A stretch of DNA of 44,365 nucleotides from Candidatus Methanophagaceae archaeon GoMg2 (GTDB lineage Archaea > Halobacteriota > Syntropharchaeia > Alkanophagales > Methanospirareceae). This document shows positions 19,062 to 29,607 of this stretch, piece by piece. The notes below the pieces were generated by a model. It was not told where the DNA came from. It was given only the letters and a program-made list of their open reading frames with translations, and searched no databases. Made by a program: the position numbers and the translations under genes. Position 1 is the stretch's first letter. Every line of letters begins with the position of its first letter. The stretch covers positions 1 to 44,365 of the forward strand of contig QBUM01000249.1 of assembly GCA_013180585.1 (NCBI GenBank), read 5' to 3'.

Positions 19062-20057
19062 GTGATGATTAAAAACGAAAAAACGTTAGAACGCTGCAAA
19101 TTGGTAAAAGCTCCTGCACTTGCCGGTCCGGGGTACGGGTGCGCTCCTGAGGCACGTCCAATACTGGAGCATATCGAAAGAGGAGTGGTAGTTATAGATA
19201 AACCCGCGGGTCCGACATCGCACGAAGTTGTTGCGTGGGTAAAGGAGATACTGAAATTAAAGAAGGCAGCGCATACGGGGACACTGGACCCGAATGTTAC
19301 AGGCGTACTGCCGGTTCTGCTTGGCGCGACAAGGAAGTTAGCCGATAGTTTCGTTTGGGACAAGGAGTACGTATTCGTGATGAAACTGCATGGCGCGGTT
19401 GATGAAGCAGAGCTGAGAAAGGTAAGTAAAGAATTCGTAGGGAAGATATACCAAAAGCCGCCATTGAAATCCGCTGTTAAGAGAAGGATAAGGGTGAGAA
19501 CCGTGCGGTACATAGAGATAAAGGAGATAGAGGGGACGGACGTGTTGATGAGGGTGGGTTGTGAAGCCGGAACGTACATAAGAATGCTCTGTCACCATAT
19601 CGGGCTCGCATTGGGCGTGGGCGCGCACATGTTACAGTTGAGAAGGACGAAATCATTCCCATTCGATGAGGCTAATATCATGAAACTACAAGACCTGAAG
19701 GATGCGTATGTGCTTTATGAAGGAGGAGATGAGAGCCTTCTCCGCGAACTAATCATGCCGATGGAATATACGCTGGGGCATCTGCCGTGCATAATCGTAA
19801 AAGATACCGCGGTTGATGCGATATGCCACGGCGCGGATCTCGCAGCACCCGGTATTTCAAGGATAGAAGAAGGAATAAATATAGGGGATCGTGTAGTATT
19901 ATATACGCTAAAAGGGGAAGCGGTATGCAGAGGCAAAGCAAAGATGAGCACCGAGAGTATGTTCAGAGCCAAGGAAGGAATATGTGTAGACGCGGAGAAG
20001 GTGTTTATGAAGCCCGGGACATATATGAAAGGTTGGGGTGATAAAGAGACGGGATAG
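19062..20057 (+). CDS. cbf5: H/ACA pseudouridine synthase Cbf5
   Basis: IDKPAGPTSHEV, HTGTLDP, GTYIR, C-terminal PUA domain. Confidence 0.96.
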   Translation: MMIKNEKTLERCKLVKAPALAGPGYGCAPEARPILEHIERGVVVIDKPAGPTSHEVVAWVKEILKLKKAAHTGTLDPNVTGVLPVLLGATRKLADSFVWDKEYVFVMKLHGAVDEAELRKVSKEFVGKIYQKPPLKSAVKRRIRVRTVRYIEIKEIEGTDVLMRVGCEAGTYIRMLCHHIGLALGVGAHMLQLRRTKSFPFDEANIMKLQDLKDAYVLYEGGDESLLRELIMPMEYTLGHLPCIIVKDTAVDAICHGADLAAPGISRIEEGINIGDRVVLYTLKGEAVCRGKAKMSTESMFRAKEGICVDAEKVFMKPGTYMKGWGDKETG

Positions 20058-20066
20058 AACAAAGGA

Positions 20067-20169
20067 GCCGAGGTGGCTGAGTGGAAAGGCGCAGGCCTGG
20101 AATTTACAGGGCCAAACTGATAGCCTGTGTTCCGAAAGGGACTCAAGGGTTCAAATCCCTTCCTCGGCG
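20067..20169 (+). tRNA. tRNA-Ser(GGA) with a 19-nt intron (about 20103-20121)
   Basis: gccgagg/cctcggc acceptor stem, long variable arm, caggc-ctGGAa[intron]a-gcctg; usual position before rps13. Confidence 0.88.
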
Positions 20170-20232
20170 AAAAATACTCTTTTTAGATAAAACATATTTC
20201 TTTGGTAAAACAGTTATTAAAAGAAACGCAAA

Positions 20233-20751
20233 ATGAGCGAAGAAGGGGAGAAGGCAGAAGGAGTGGAAGAGGATGAATTCCGGCATATTGTCCGGATTTT
20301 AGACACAGACTTGGATGGTAACAGGCGCGTGGCATATTCGCTCTGTGGGATAAAGGGAATAGGAAGGAGAGTGGCGAGGACAGTAGTCATAACTGCGGGT
20401 ATAGATCCGAATGCGAAGATGGGCTATCTATCAAACAGCGATGTAGAGAAGTTAAAAACAGCAGTTAGCGGTGTAGAGAAACGATTACCTTGGTGGATGC
20501 TGAACAGGAGAAAAGATTTGATTAGTGGTGAGGACAAGCATATAATGGGCTCTGACATGGCGTTGAAGTTCAGGGACGACATAAATTTGTTGCGTAAGAT
20601 ACGGTCTTATCGTGGAATACGACATGAGAGGGGGCTGAGAGTGAGAGGACAAAGGACAAAATCAACAGGACGAAGAGGAATGGTAGTAGGCGTGGTGAGA
20701 AAGAAGATTTTAGCGAAGACAGGCGGAGGTAAGCGAGATGGGGCATCCTAA
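20233..20751 (+). CDS. rps13: 30S ribosomal protein uS13
   Basis: IKGIGRR, YRGIRHERGLRVRGQRTKSTGR. Confidence 0.98.
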   Translation: MSEEGEKAEGVEEDEFRHIVRILDTDLDGNRRVAYSLCGIKGIGRRVARTVVITAGIDPNAKMGYLSNSDVEKLKTAVSGVEKRLPWWMLNRRKDLISGEDKHIMGSDMALKFRDDINLLRKIRSYRGIRHERGLRVRGQRTKSTGRRGMVVGVVRKKILAKTGGGKRDGAS

Positions 20752-21292
20752 GAAGAGTAAGAAGACGTACGAACGACCAAGAAGACCCTGGGTGTTGCAA
20801 AGGATAAAAGAGGAGCGGGAGTTAGCAGAGAAATACGGACTAAAGAACAAGCGAGAGATATGGAAAGCAGCGAGCATAATAAAGAAATATCGGCGTGAAA
20901 TAAGAAACATCTTAGCGGAAATAGCAGGTATGAAACCCTCAGAACATACGATAAATAAGGAAGCGGCTATCTTAGCGAGCTTGAAGCGGAAGGGAATGTT
21001 GGGTGAAGGTACGAGTTTGGAGGATGTTCTGGAGTTGGACGTGCAGGATATCATGGAACGGCGGCTTCAGACCTGCGTACATAAAAAGGGGCTGGCGAAT
21101 TCGCCGAAACATGCCAGACAACTCATCGTTCACGGACATATCGCGGTTAATAATAGGCGAGTTACAATTCCATCTTATATAGTGAAGATGGATGATGAAA
21201 GGGGAATTAGCTTTTATGAGCATGCTCCGGCTTCTATTACGTCCATTGGCAGTGAGCAAGGCGAGGGAATAGAAGAGGGCAAGGAGAAATAA
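20738..21292 (+). CDS. rps4: 30S ribosomal protein uS4
   Basis: YGLKNKREIWK, ERRLQT, ARQLIVHGHI. Confidence 0.98.
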   Translation: MGHPKKSKKTYERPRRPWVLQRIKEERELAEKYGLKNKREIWKAASIIKKYRREIRNILAEIAGMKPSEHTINKEAAILASLKRKGMLGEGTSLEDVLELDVQDIMERRLQTCVHKKGLANSPKHARQLIVHGHIAVNNRRVTIPSYIVKMDDERGISFYEHAPASITSIGSEQGEGIEEGKEK

Positions 21293-21309
21293 TATAACGA
21301 GGTTAAATA

Positions 21310-21699
21310 ATGGTAGAAGAAAAATGGGTAATTGCACATATCTTCTCTTCTTTTAATAATACTATCATCACGGTTACCGATATGACCGGTGCGGAGACGA
21401 TTGCAAGGGCTTCTGGTGGTATGGTAGCAAAAGCGGACCGTGATGAGAGTTCTCCGTATACTGCGATGCAGATGGCGGCACAACTTGCGGAGAAATTAAA
21501 AGAGCGGGAAATAAGGGGTATTCATGTGAAGGTAAAAGCGGCGTCGGGGCGTAAGTCGAGAACACCCGCACCAGGGGCACAAGCGGCGATTCGGGCTTTT
21601 GCCCGTGCAGGGTTACGAATAGGTAAAATAGAGGACGTGACTCCAGTACCGCATGACGGAACGAAGCGTCCTGGTGGGAAGCGAGGCAGGAGAGTTTAA
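21310..21699 (+). CDS. rps11: 30S ribosomal protein uS11
   Basis: [27 protein letters not shown]. Confidence 0.98.
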   Translation: MVEEKWVIAHIFSSFNNTIITVTDMTGAETIARASGGMVAKADRDESSPYTAMQMAAQLAEKLKEREIRGIHVKVKAASGRKSRTPAPGAQAAIRAFARAGLRIGKIEDVTPVPHDGTKRPGGKRGRRV

Positions 21700-21767
21700 G
21701 TAGGGTAAGCGTGCAAAAAGAAGGTGTATAGCAGTTTTTAGTAAAGGTTTTGCGGAGCAAGAAGTGT

Positions 21768-22427
21768 ATGGAAGTAAAAATATTGGAACGCGAGGAGAAT
21801 GAAGTAATAATTGTGCTTTCGGGTGTGAAAGTGCGGTTTGTAAATGCACTGAGGAGGGCAATGATTGCAGAAGTGCCGAAGCTTGCGATTGATGAGGTAA
21901 ACATTTATGAAAACAACTCTTTATTATACGATGAGCAATTGGCGTTGCGTCTTGCGTTGACACCCTTGAAGACGGACGATCTCAGTGCTTATAGTGATGA
22001 AGACCAAATTTCTCTGACTTTGAAAGCGGTGAGTCCAGAAAGAGAGGGATATACAATGGTTTATTCCAAGGAACTCATCTCGTCAGACCCTCATGTAGAA
22101 CCCGCATTTGAGAACATTCCCCTTGTGAAGCTGATTTCTACTGAGAGAGAGATTAGTGGCATGAGAACGGTCGCGCGACAAAGCCTCTCTTTTGAGGCTA
22201 TTGCAAGGCTGGGCAGGGGGAGCGAGCATTCGAAGTGGCAGCCTGTGACCGTGTGTGGCATAAAAAAGATGCAGAATCAAGGTGAGGGGACGAAGGCAGA
22301 TAAGAAGTCGTTATTATTCAGTATTGAGGGCGACGGTTCCGTGCCGGTAGATGAGATAGTAATAGAAGCGGCGAGGATAATGCGAGAGAAATGTGAGATG
22401 GTAGTAAATGAATTGACGAGTCAGTAG
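21768..22427 (+). CDS. rpoD: RNA polymerase subunit D (Rpo3)
   Basis: NALRRAMIAEVP.LAIDEV, GRGSEHSKWQP; no FeS domain 3 cysteines. Confidence 0.95.
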   Translation: MEVKILEREENEVIIVLSGVKVRFVNALRRAMIAEVPKLAIDEVNIYENNSLLYDEQLALRLALTPLKTDDLSAYSDEDQISLTLKAVSPEREGYTMVYSKELISSDPHVEPAFENIPLVKLISTEREISGMRTVARQSLSFEAIARLGRGSEHSKWQPVTVCGIKKMQNQGEGTKADKKSLLFSIEGDGSVPVDEIVIEAARIMREKCEMVVNELTSQ

Positions 22428-22459
22428 TTATCAACTAATTACAAGATACCACGTGGAAA

Positions 22460-23140
22460 TTGAAAATAAAAGCGATTATACCGTTTAAGAAGAAAGGCGC
22501 GAAATCGAGATTAGGCTCGTTTTTAAGCGAGAAAGAGCGTGAGGAACTCGCTATACGAATGTTAACGGATGTATTAGTTGCGTTATCAGAATCGGCGATA
22601 GGGAAAATCGAGATAATTACAACATGCACCCGGGACGAGCTAATAGGCGAATTGAGGTTAACGCATCGTGACTTGAAGTCAAAACTGAGTGTAAGGACGG
22701 ATGCAAGAGGCCTGAACGAAATGCTGAACGAACTATTAACAAGAGAAGAAGAGCCAATGCTGATAATAATGGCAGATATTCCGCTGGCAACGCCCGAAAC
22801 TATAAATGAAATTATTCGGCACGAGGAGGATGTAGTAGTGATGCCAGGAAGAAATGGAGGTACAAACGCTCTATTTCTGCGACGACCTCACGATTTCGCC
22901 GTATCTTACTATGGAATTAGCTTTTTGGCGCATATAGAGACTGCGAAGAGGCGTAATTTGAGTTATGCGGTTCATGACTCCTTCTTTATCGGTGTGGATA
23001 TAGACGAGGTAGAAGATCTGATAGAGTTATTGATTCATGGCAGAGGTGCTTCGGTGGAATACCTACGAGAAATTGGCGTTCGACTTCGTGTGGATAAAGC
23101 GGCAAAGGTGAGGGTGAGCGTGGAGCGAACTTCATCTTAG
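22460..23140 (+). CDS. cofC: 2-phospho-L-lactate/PEP guanylyltransferase (F420 biosynthesis)
   Basis: IPFK...KSRL, MADIPL, GRNGGTNAL, SFLAH, DIDEVEDL. Confidence 0.93.
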   Translation: MKIKAIIPFKKKGAKSRLGSFLSEKEREELAIRMLTDVLVALSESAIGKIEIITTCTRDELIGELRLTHRDLKSKLSVRTDARGLNEMLNELLTREEEPMLIIMADIPLATPETINEIIRHEEDVVVMPGRNGGTNALFLRRPHDFAVSYYGISFLAHIETAKRRNLSYAVHDSFFIGVDIDEVEDLIELLIHGRGASVEYLREIGVRLRVDKAAKVRVSVERTSS

Positions 23141-23254
23141 GCTTCATCCCTGAAGTGTCCGTAACCTCATTCAAAACAAACAGATTTACGAACCCCTATG
23201 TGTGGAGAGTTAATCCAGTATCTCATCAAGCACATATCAAGAAAATAAATCACT

Positions 23255-23342
23255 GGACACAGATTAACGCTGATTTACGCGGATCAACAATCTCAAACTC
23301 AAATAAATCCGTATCCTTCGTAGAATGTAGTTATACTTTATA
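23255..23342. repeat. Intergenic repeat shared with 29608-29700
   Basis: Both copies carry gacacagattaacgctgatt.acgc and end in gttatactttata. Confidence 0.6.
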
Positions 23343-23449
23343 GAGGCTGTCCCACAATTGATTTTAACCATAAAAATATCGCTTCTTTTGGGGTTTAAAG
23401 CCCTATTTGTCTTTCTTTTTCCGCTATTTTTGGATTGTGGGACAGCCTC
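23343..23449. mobile_element. 107-bp MITE with GAGGCTGT termini (IS5/IS1182-like ends)
   Basis: Perfect 16-bp IR gaggctgtcccacaat / attgtgggacagcctc flanked by tata on both sides. Confidence 0.8.
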
Positions 23450-23500
23450 TATATAGATTAAAAAATAAAAAAGGAATGAGTTTTTTTCATTGTTTAATAC

Positions 23501-24934
23501 TCATTCCCCTATCTCTATTGTGTACTCAAAGTCTTGTACGTTAATCGGCAGTATCTCCAGTGCCCATTGCCCACCTGTTGCGTTAGTTACCTTGTATGTT
23601 TTGCTGTATTCTGTGTACCTCACGTGATATGGTTCTTCACTTGCGGTATCCCAGGGATAATATGGTTTATAGTCCATACCAACGTTTACTTCTCTTTTCT
23701 TGACCGTTTTTGACGACTCTGGTGTCACTTTTTTGCCGTCTTGATTTGACAGCTCAACATTGAACGAAGGTTCTTCTGCCGCTCTATTGTAGCTACCGTA
23801 TCCGTACTCGCGGGCGGTGACCATGACGCTGAAGGTCTCTCCTTGTCCAACGGTAAAATTATCACTGTATGGCGTTGTGGGTTGTTTCCAGACCTCTATG
23901 TTCATGTTCACTATTTGGCCCCATTCAAGAACAGAGGGGTCGTCTATGTTTAGATTTATTTCAGTCTCGTACCATCCAAATGTATCATCGGGTACATCCA
24001 GAGTAACCGTTACCGTTGCCGTTGAGTTCGCAGGCACATTTGCAGGTGCTTCTATCGTTAGCCAATCATCGGGAATCCTGCCTTCGTTGTATCCATAGGG
24101 AAACGGAACAAATACAGGCCGCTCTATTATCCACTCTTTTCCCCCTCCTATTTCCGGGTTTATTGCAATCGCTTTGTCGCCTATATTTTCAAGCTGTATC
24201 TCATATTCGTAACTCTGTCCTGCCTTTACCCTGTCGCTTATATATTGTGGCCAAAAGTAAATCTTCGGCGGTGTCCAAACGTTTACCGATAAGTCCATAG
24301 CATTCACGTACTTCGGATACGGCTCAGGATAGGGTGCTTGGAACGTATCATCAGTAAATACGATTTGAGCGTTGTAATATCCAATTTCCGCATCGTCTGG
24401 TATATTTATCGTAACGTTGTAGTCTTGCTTAACGCCCGCCGCTATCTCTGCGCTCATTGGCTCAACAGTTATCCAATCTTTTTCAATGCAGTAATCACAA
24501 TATGGCAATGTTTCGATGTGTACCTGCGTGGATACCGACTTGTTTTCATCATGTTTTACTGTTACTGTAAACTCTGTTTTGTCTCCGGGTTTCATCTCAA
24601 ACCGCACGTATCGCGACGAGATTAGCAATCTGGTGTAATTAACATCTATAGGCTCTTCTGGCGGTTCTGGCAGCTTTACAATAGGCTCTATAATAGGTTC
24701 TGGAGTAGGCCTATAGGGCTTTGGGTAGACTTTAGGAGTACCTACTCGTGGATAAATATGTGCTGCACCACCATCTCCTGCTACTCGGGGCTGTCGCATC
24801 GTATCCCAGTGGAATACTCGTGGCTGATCCTTTATTGTTGCCTGTGTGGAAATACCCTGGGTAATGACAGTTCCAACAAGCAGTACCACAAACAAGACCG
24901 CGACTGAAACTACTATCTTCTTTTTCGCTAACAT
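23501..24934 (-). CDS. Secreted/surface protein with tandem beta-sandwich-like domains
   Basis: KKK + hydrophobic signal peptide, Pro-rich linker, two similar beta-rich repeats (WITVEP../WLTIEAP..; IPDDAEIGYY/VPDDTFGWY). Confidence 0.75.
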   Translation of the reverse strand: MLAKKKIVVSVAVLFVVLLVGTVITQGISTQATIKDQPRVFHWDTMRQPRVAGDGGAAHIYPRVGTPKVYPKPYRPTPEPIIEPIVKLPEPPEEPIDVNYTRLLISSRYVRFEMKPGDKTEFTVTVKHDENKSVSTQVHIETLPYCDYCIEKDWITVEPMSAEIAAGVKQDYNVTINIPDDAEIGYYNAQIVFTDDTFQAPYPEPYPKYVNAMDLSVNVWTPPKIYFWPQYISDRVKAGQSYEYEIQLENIGDKAIAINPEIGGGKEWIIERPVFVPFPYGYNEGRIPDDWLTIEAPANVPANSTATVTVTLDVPDDTFGWYETEINLNIDDPSVLEWGQIVNMNIEVWKQPTTPYSDNFTVGQGETFSVMVTAREYGYGSYNRAAEEPSFNVELSNQDGKKVTPESSKTVKKREVNVGMDYKPYYPWDTASEEPYHVRYTEYSKTYKVTNATGGQWALEILPINVQDFEYTIEIGE

Positions 24935-25147
24935 CTCTTCTTTTTTTATTACCTCCTACCACCTGTGTAAGAACAAGGGGGTATATATAGTTGGGGGTGA
25001 TCGTGAGTCGGTTCGTATTAAGTGCGCGCGGTAGTTTCGCTAAACAAACGTTTCTTTTTTACTTCGTATAGCGATTTTTAGCATATCACGTAAAAAACAG
25101 TAACTTTTATTACTTCGGGCTTATCTTCTTCATTGAGGTAAAAGAAA

Positions 25148-26047
25148 ATGGAATTAGAAGGAGTAGAGATAGAGGATACATTTGCAGAGGCGTTTCCGAT
25201 AAAGGTTGCGCGTGTATTGATAACGGCGGTGAATGAGAAATGGGCGCTTGAAGCGGCGAAGGAGATGACGGGTTTCGGCACGTCAGTTATAATGTGCCCT
25301 GCGGAGGCGGGAATAGATAAAATAGCAGCCAGTGGTGAGACCCCGGACGGAAGGCCCGGTGTTTATGTAATGGTTTGCACGTTTGGCTATAAAGCGATGG
25401 ACGAGCAATTGCTTGCAAGGATAGGACAATGCGTCCTTACCAGTCCAACAGCGGCGGTATTTAATGCTCTGGAGAACGGCGAGAAGGAGTTCAACATAGG
25501 CTTCAAGTTAAAATTCTTTGGCGATGGATTTGAATCCGAGGAGGAACTTGGCGGTAGAGAGGTGGCGAGAGTACCGATAATGGGTGGCGACTTCGTGATA
25601 GAGAAGAACCTGAGCGCAAAACCTGGCGTTGCCGGTGGTAATATCTTTATCCTTGCGAAGGACCAGATGTCCGCGTTGACAGCGGCTGAAGATGCTGTTT
25701 CTGCCATCAGGCAGGTAGAAGGCACGATAACGCCGTTCACGGGTGGCGTAGTCGCATCGGGCTCGAAACCCAGCTCAAACAAATACAAGTTCATGCACGC
25801 TACGATAAATGAGAAGTACTGCCCCACGCTAAAGGACAAAATAGAAGACTCAGAACTGCCCGCGGATGTAAACGGTATCTTTGAGCTTGTGATAAACGGG
25901 GTTAGCGAAGAAGCGGTTAAAGAAGGGATGAAAGCAGGGATAAAAGCGGCGGTGAAGGCTCCGGGCGTGGTAAAGATAACGGCAGGGAACTTCGGCGGTA
26001 CCCTTGGTAAGTACCATCTCCAGCTTAAGGATGTGTTGGGGTTATAA
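25148..26047 (+). CDS. ftr: Formylmethanofuran:H4MPT formyltransferase
   Basis: IEDTFAEAF, GFGTSVIMCPAEAGI, TPDGRPG, RIGQCVLT, AGNFGG. Confidence 0.97.
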   Translation: MELEGVEIEDTFAEAFPIKVARVLITAVNEKWALEAAKEMTGFGTSVIMCPAEAGIDKIAASGETPDGRPGVYVMVCTFGYKAMDEQLLARIGQCVLTSPTAAVFNALENGEKEFNIGFKLKFFGDGFESEEELGGREVARVPIMGGDFVIEKNLSAKPGVAGGNIFILAKDQMSALTAAEDAVSAIRQVEGTITPFTGGVVASGSKPSSNKYKFMHATINEKYCPTLKDKIEDSELPADVNGIFELVINGVSEEAVKEGMKAGIKAAVKAPGVVKITAGNFGGTLGKYHLQLKDVLGL

Positions 26048-26161
26048 CCGAATCAACCTTCGATAAGGAGAGGATTAAACGCACATACAGGGCTAAATCC
26101 TCTTCCTCTATTTTTCGGATGCAGTTTTTATATTTCTCATGTCTTGGGTAAAAGATATACA

Positions 26162-26797
26162 ATGGATCGGTTCACACATGTGAATTTAGGAAAAGCATTA
26201 TTATTAAAAAGTGGTCTTAACACGGAACTTAGTGATTGGGCAAACGCTCCAGATCACGATTCCGAATTTTTACACCGCTATTGGTACCATAGATTTAGTG
26301 TTCTCGATAAAATCGTTCGGGTTGGACAAGAGCATGGTTTAAGAAAAGGTGATAAAACCGCCATTGCTTTATGTGTTATTTCACATTTCTGGAATGATAT
26401 TTTTAATGCACCGATATGGTGTTTTGGTTTTCCTTTTGCTGCATATTATGTTGAAATCGTCAAAGCAGAAGAGTATGACATTGCGGAGCTCAAAAAAGAT
26501 ATGAACGCTTTAAGCTTCCCGGATGTAGCAAATGCAACAATTAAAAAATATTTTGAAAAGTCAACTAAGTTGTTTAACGAGGATCTTAACGGATACAGCG
26601 CCGCTGAATTAATTTATGGCTTTGTTTCCCTAACTGCTAATGCTCGTATCTTATTTAAAAAAGGAGGTAAGGCGAAAGCATTAAAATTCGTTTCAAAATT
26701 CACGGGCAAAACTATACCAGAAGTGGATTTAGCGGATTTTTTCGAGTTCCAGAATAAATACGCAAAGATAATAATAGATGCAGCTAAACAGATTTGA
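26162..26797 (+). CDS. Putative soluble metal-dependent hydrolase (YdjM-like motif set)
   Basis: MDxxTH, APDxD, HRxxxH and SHxxxD motifs in order; no long hydrophobic segments. Confidence 0.55.
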   Translation: MDRFTHVNLGKALLLKSGLNTELSDWANAPDHDSEFLHRYWYHRFSVLDKIVRVGQEHGLRKGDKTAIALCVISHFWNDIFNAPIWCFGFPFAAYYVEIVKAEEYDIAELKKDMNALSFPDVANATIKKYFEKSTKLFNEDLNGYSAAELIYGFVSLTANARILFKKGGKAKALKFVSKFTGKTIPEVDLADFFEFQNKYAKIIIDAAKQI

Positions 26798-26844
26798 TAA
26801 CGTTGCGTGCTTTCGCTAACATTGGTGTGGAATAAGTTAGAAGG

Positions 26845-27594
26845 ATGGAAACCGAAATTATAAAGGAGAAACTTGCGGAATTAGAAGACCGGATAGGACA
26901 TCGGTTCAAGAACATAGCGCTTCTGGAAGAGGCAATAACCACGAGTTCGTATGCCGCCAGTTCTTTAAATTATCAAAGACTTGAATTCCTTGGGGACCGT
27001 GTAGTTAGTCTAATATTGGCAGAGAAACTTATCACTTCAGAATTTCTTGACGAAGGGGAAATGACTTTTTTGAAGTCAGAACTTGAAAAGAACAAGCAGT
27101 TGGCGGATTTTGGTGAGAAGATTGGTCTAAGAAACTATATCCGAGCGGGCGAGCAGAGAGAGCAGATAAGCAAAAAAGTTATCGCAGATGTATTCGAAGC
27201 TATTTGCGGGGCGATATATCGGGATACTGAGGAAACAGTCCGGCTAAAAGAAGTGGAGAGATTCTTACAGAAATTTAACATTTCAGAGCGGATAAAAGAT
27301 GAAATGCGTACTACGAGCGACTTCCTCCCGATTAGAAACCAGTTTGAGAATAAGTTCCGTGAAATAAACCGTTGCAACCCTGAAATAGAATTTCAGTACA
27401 GTTCAGAGGGTGAGGCGCACCAGAAACGCTGGCGGATAGATAAATGTTCGATTAAGGATAATAACACTGGTGAATATGCCACCCTAAAAGATGTTAAAAA
27501 CGATAAATGGTTCGATAGTAAGAAGGATGCCCAAATGGATGCAATTACGCAGGCGTATAGATATATGGAAGAAAAGGAGTGGAAATTGTGTTAA
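26845..27594 (+). CDS. Ribonuclease III family protein with divergent dsRBD-like tail
   Basis: NYQRLEFLGD signature, DEGEMT, ADVFEAICGAIY, GEAHQK...SKKDAQ. Confidence 0.88.
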   Translation: METEIIKEKLAELEDRIGHRFKNIALLEEAITTSSYAASSLNYQRLEFLGDRVVSLILAEKLITSEFLDEGEMTFLKSELEKNKQLADFGEKIGLRNYIRAGEQREQISKKVIADVFEAICGAIYRDTEETVRLKEVERFLQKFNISERIKDEMRTTSDFLPIRNQFENKFREINRCNPEIEFQYSSEGEAHQKRWRIDKCSIKDNNTGEYATLKDVKNDKWFDSKKDAQMDAITQAYRYMEEKEWKLC

Positions 27595-27641
27595 GTTTTT
27601 TTAAAACACTGTTAAAAAAGTGTTTACGAACTTTCTTTTCT

Positions 27642-27806
27642 GGCACTGCCGAATTTTCCTGTGAAATCACTATATCCTCAAGTTTTGCCGCAGAGTGCGC
27701 GTAGAACGCAGAGGCATCAGAAAACCCAAACGTGGATTTGCTTAAACTCAGCGCTCTCGATGATCTCCGCGGTGATAAATAACTGGGTTTTTAGACTGAC
27801 TGTGCC
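27642..27806. mobile_element. 165-bp MITE-like element with GGC termini
   Basis: ggcactgcc / gactgtgcc ends, flanks tcttttct / tctttcct (7/8), internal ccgcagag..ctccgcgg inverted arms. Confidence 0.6.
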
Positions 27807-27825
27807 TCTTTCCTAAATAAAGGTC

Positions 27826-29061
27826 TTATGCGAACATTACCCCCATCTCCTTCATATTCACGTAATTTCTATGCTCATCACCCATCATCTTCTTTATTGC
27901 TACATCAAAATCATCCATTCCTATCGCTTTCTTGTCCTTTTTTACCGCCATCATTCCCGCTTCGGTTGCTATTGCTTTTATGTCCGCACCGGTGGCATTT
28001 TCTGAAAGTGCCGCTAAAAGATCAAAATCTACGTCCTTCCTCAGTTTCATCTTTGATGTGTGTATCTTAAATATCTCCATCCTTGCGTCAATATCGGGTA
28101 GCGGTGTTTCTATGATGCGATCGAATCTCCCGGGGCGGAGTAAAGCGGGGTCGAGAATATCCGGGCGGTTCGTAGCCCCTATTATTCGAACGTTTCCCCG
28201 TGTATTGAAGCCATCTATCTCGGCTAAAAGTTGCAGCATCGTCCGTTGCACTTCTCGCTCTCCTGAAGTGCCATCCTCCACCCTACGAGCCGCAACCGCA
28301 TCCAGCTCGTCAATGAACAATATGGAAGGTGCCTTCTCTTTAGCCAGTGCAAATAACTCCCTCACTATCCTCGCACCTTCTCCTATGTATTTCTGCACTA
28401 ATTCTGAGCCGACAATTCGTATAAATGTAGCAGATGTACGTTTTGCAACTGCCTTTGCAAGCAATGTCTTTCCCGTGCCCGGCAACCCGGTCAAAAGAAC
28501 GCCTTTTGGTGGCTCCACGCCTACGCGCTCAAACCTCTCCGGCGCTGTCAGTGGCAACTCAACTACTTCCCTTATCGCCTCTATCTGCTCACTTAATCCT
28601 CCTATCATGCTATAATCAACATCCGGAGATTCTATCACTTCCATACCATGCACGGAAGGATCTTTTGCTGATGGTAGCACGCTTACCACAGCCAGCGATT
28701 GTTGATTCAGCCCAACCTGAGCACCCGGAACGGCTTCTGCTGCATCTATAAACTGCGAATACGTCACAACGAATTTAGGTCCCGTACTGCTCCGTACCAG
28801 CATCCTTTTATCATCTATTTTGTTTACAACCGTCCCAACGATCAACGGAGGGTTCCGCAACTTCTCCAGTTCCGACTTTAACTTCCTTAATTCCCGCTCG
28901 TATCGGACTCGCATATCCTGATGATATCGCCATTCTCGCTCTATCTTCCCAAGCTTTTCCTTAAGCAGGAGGTTTGTATCTTCCAACTGCTTCATCTTGT
29001 CCTGCATAAATCTTGAATAATCATCGCCATACGATACACTTCCACCGCTGCTCGATTTCAT
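27826..29061 (-). CDS. pan: Proteasome-activating nucleotidase
   Basis: Coiled coil + OB domain, [34 protein letters not shown]. Confidence 0.97.
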   Translation of the reverse strand: MKSSSGGSVSYGDDYSRFMQDKMKQLEDTNLLLKEKLGKIEREWRYHQDMRVRYERELRKLKSELEKLRNPPLIVGTVVNKIDDKRMLVRSSTGPKFVVTYSQFIDAAEAVPGAQVGLNQQSLAVVSVLPSAKDPSVHGMEVIESPDVDYSMIGGLSEQIEAIREVVELPLTAPERFERVGVEPPKGVLLTGLPGTGKTLLAKAVAKRTSATFIRIVGSELVQKYIGEGARIVRELFALAKEKAPSILFIDELDAVAARRVEDGTSGEREVQRTMLQLLAEIDGFNTRGNVRIIGATNRPDILDPALLRPGRFDRIIETPLPDIDARMEIFKIHTSKMKLRKDVDFDLLAALSENATGADIKAIATEAGMMAVKKDKKAIGMDDFDVAIKKMMGDEHRNYVNMKEMGVMFA

Positions 29062-29117
29062 TTTACCACCATTACTTATTCCTTCTACTTCTTATATATA
29101 AAAGGACAGGAACGAAA

Positions 29118-29510
29118 ATGACTGAGTGTGAGATATGTGGTGCGGAGATAAGAGGAAGAGCACAATACATCTCCATAGGTGCCTCAAAGTTGAAGGTGTG
29201 TAGCGCGTGTGCGCGACATGGAACGGTGGTGGTAGAAGAGAAGAAGATGAAAATGGGGCGGTCCGAAGGGGCGAAGAAGACGAAATTATATGAACGGATG
29301 GACCACGAGATAGAAGAGGGGCTGGAGCTTGAGGAGGATTATGGCAGGAAGGTAAGAGATGCACGGGAGAGAGCAGGGCTAAAACAGACAGAACTTGCGA
29401 AAAGGATAAATGAGAAGCAATCCTTGTTGCGGAAGATAGAGAATGAGGAGATAACCCCAAGCAACGATGTGATGCGTAAAATAGAGCGGGTTCTTAAGTC
29501 ATTTATTTAA
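29118..29510 (+). CDS. mbf1: Archaeal MBF1 (Zn ribbon + HTH)
   Basis: CEICG..VCSACARHG, ARERAGLKQTELAKRINEK; divergent from pan. Confidence 0.9.
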   Translation: MTECEICGAEIRGRAQYISIGASKLKVCSACARHGTVVVEEKKMKMGRSEGAKKTKLYERMDHEIEEGLELEEDYGRKVRDARERAGLKQTELAKRINEKQSLLRKIENEEITPSNDVMRKIERVLKSFI

Positions 29511-29607
29511 ACTTACAAGGCGTTGTGGACAGCGAAGAGGAAAGAAGTAGGATAGCAAACATTTTTTCTGAACAAGAAAGCATAATATTCAACTGAAATT
29601 AATTATT

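Noticed and set aside
9041-20169. tRNA-anchored provirus or integrative element
   Set aside because: No duplicated tRNA 3' ends or adjacent integrase noticed
26803-26841. ctAAC...GTTag between the hydrolase and RNase III genes as an attC
   Set aside because: About 25 bp with no paired inner arms; too short
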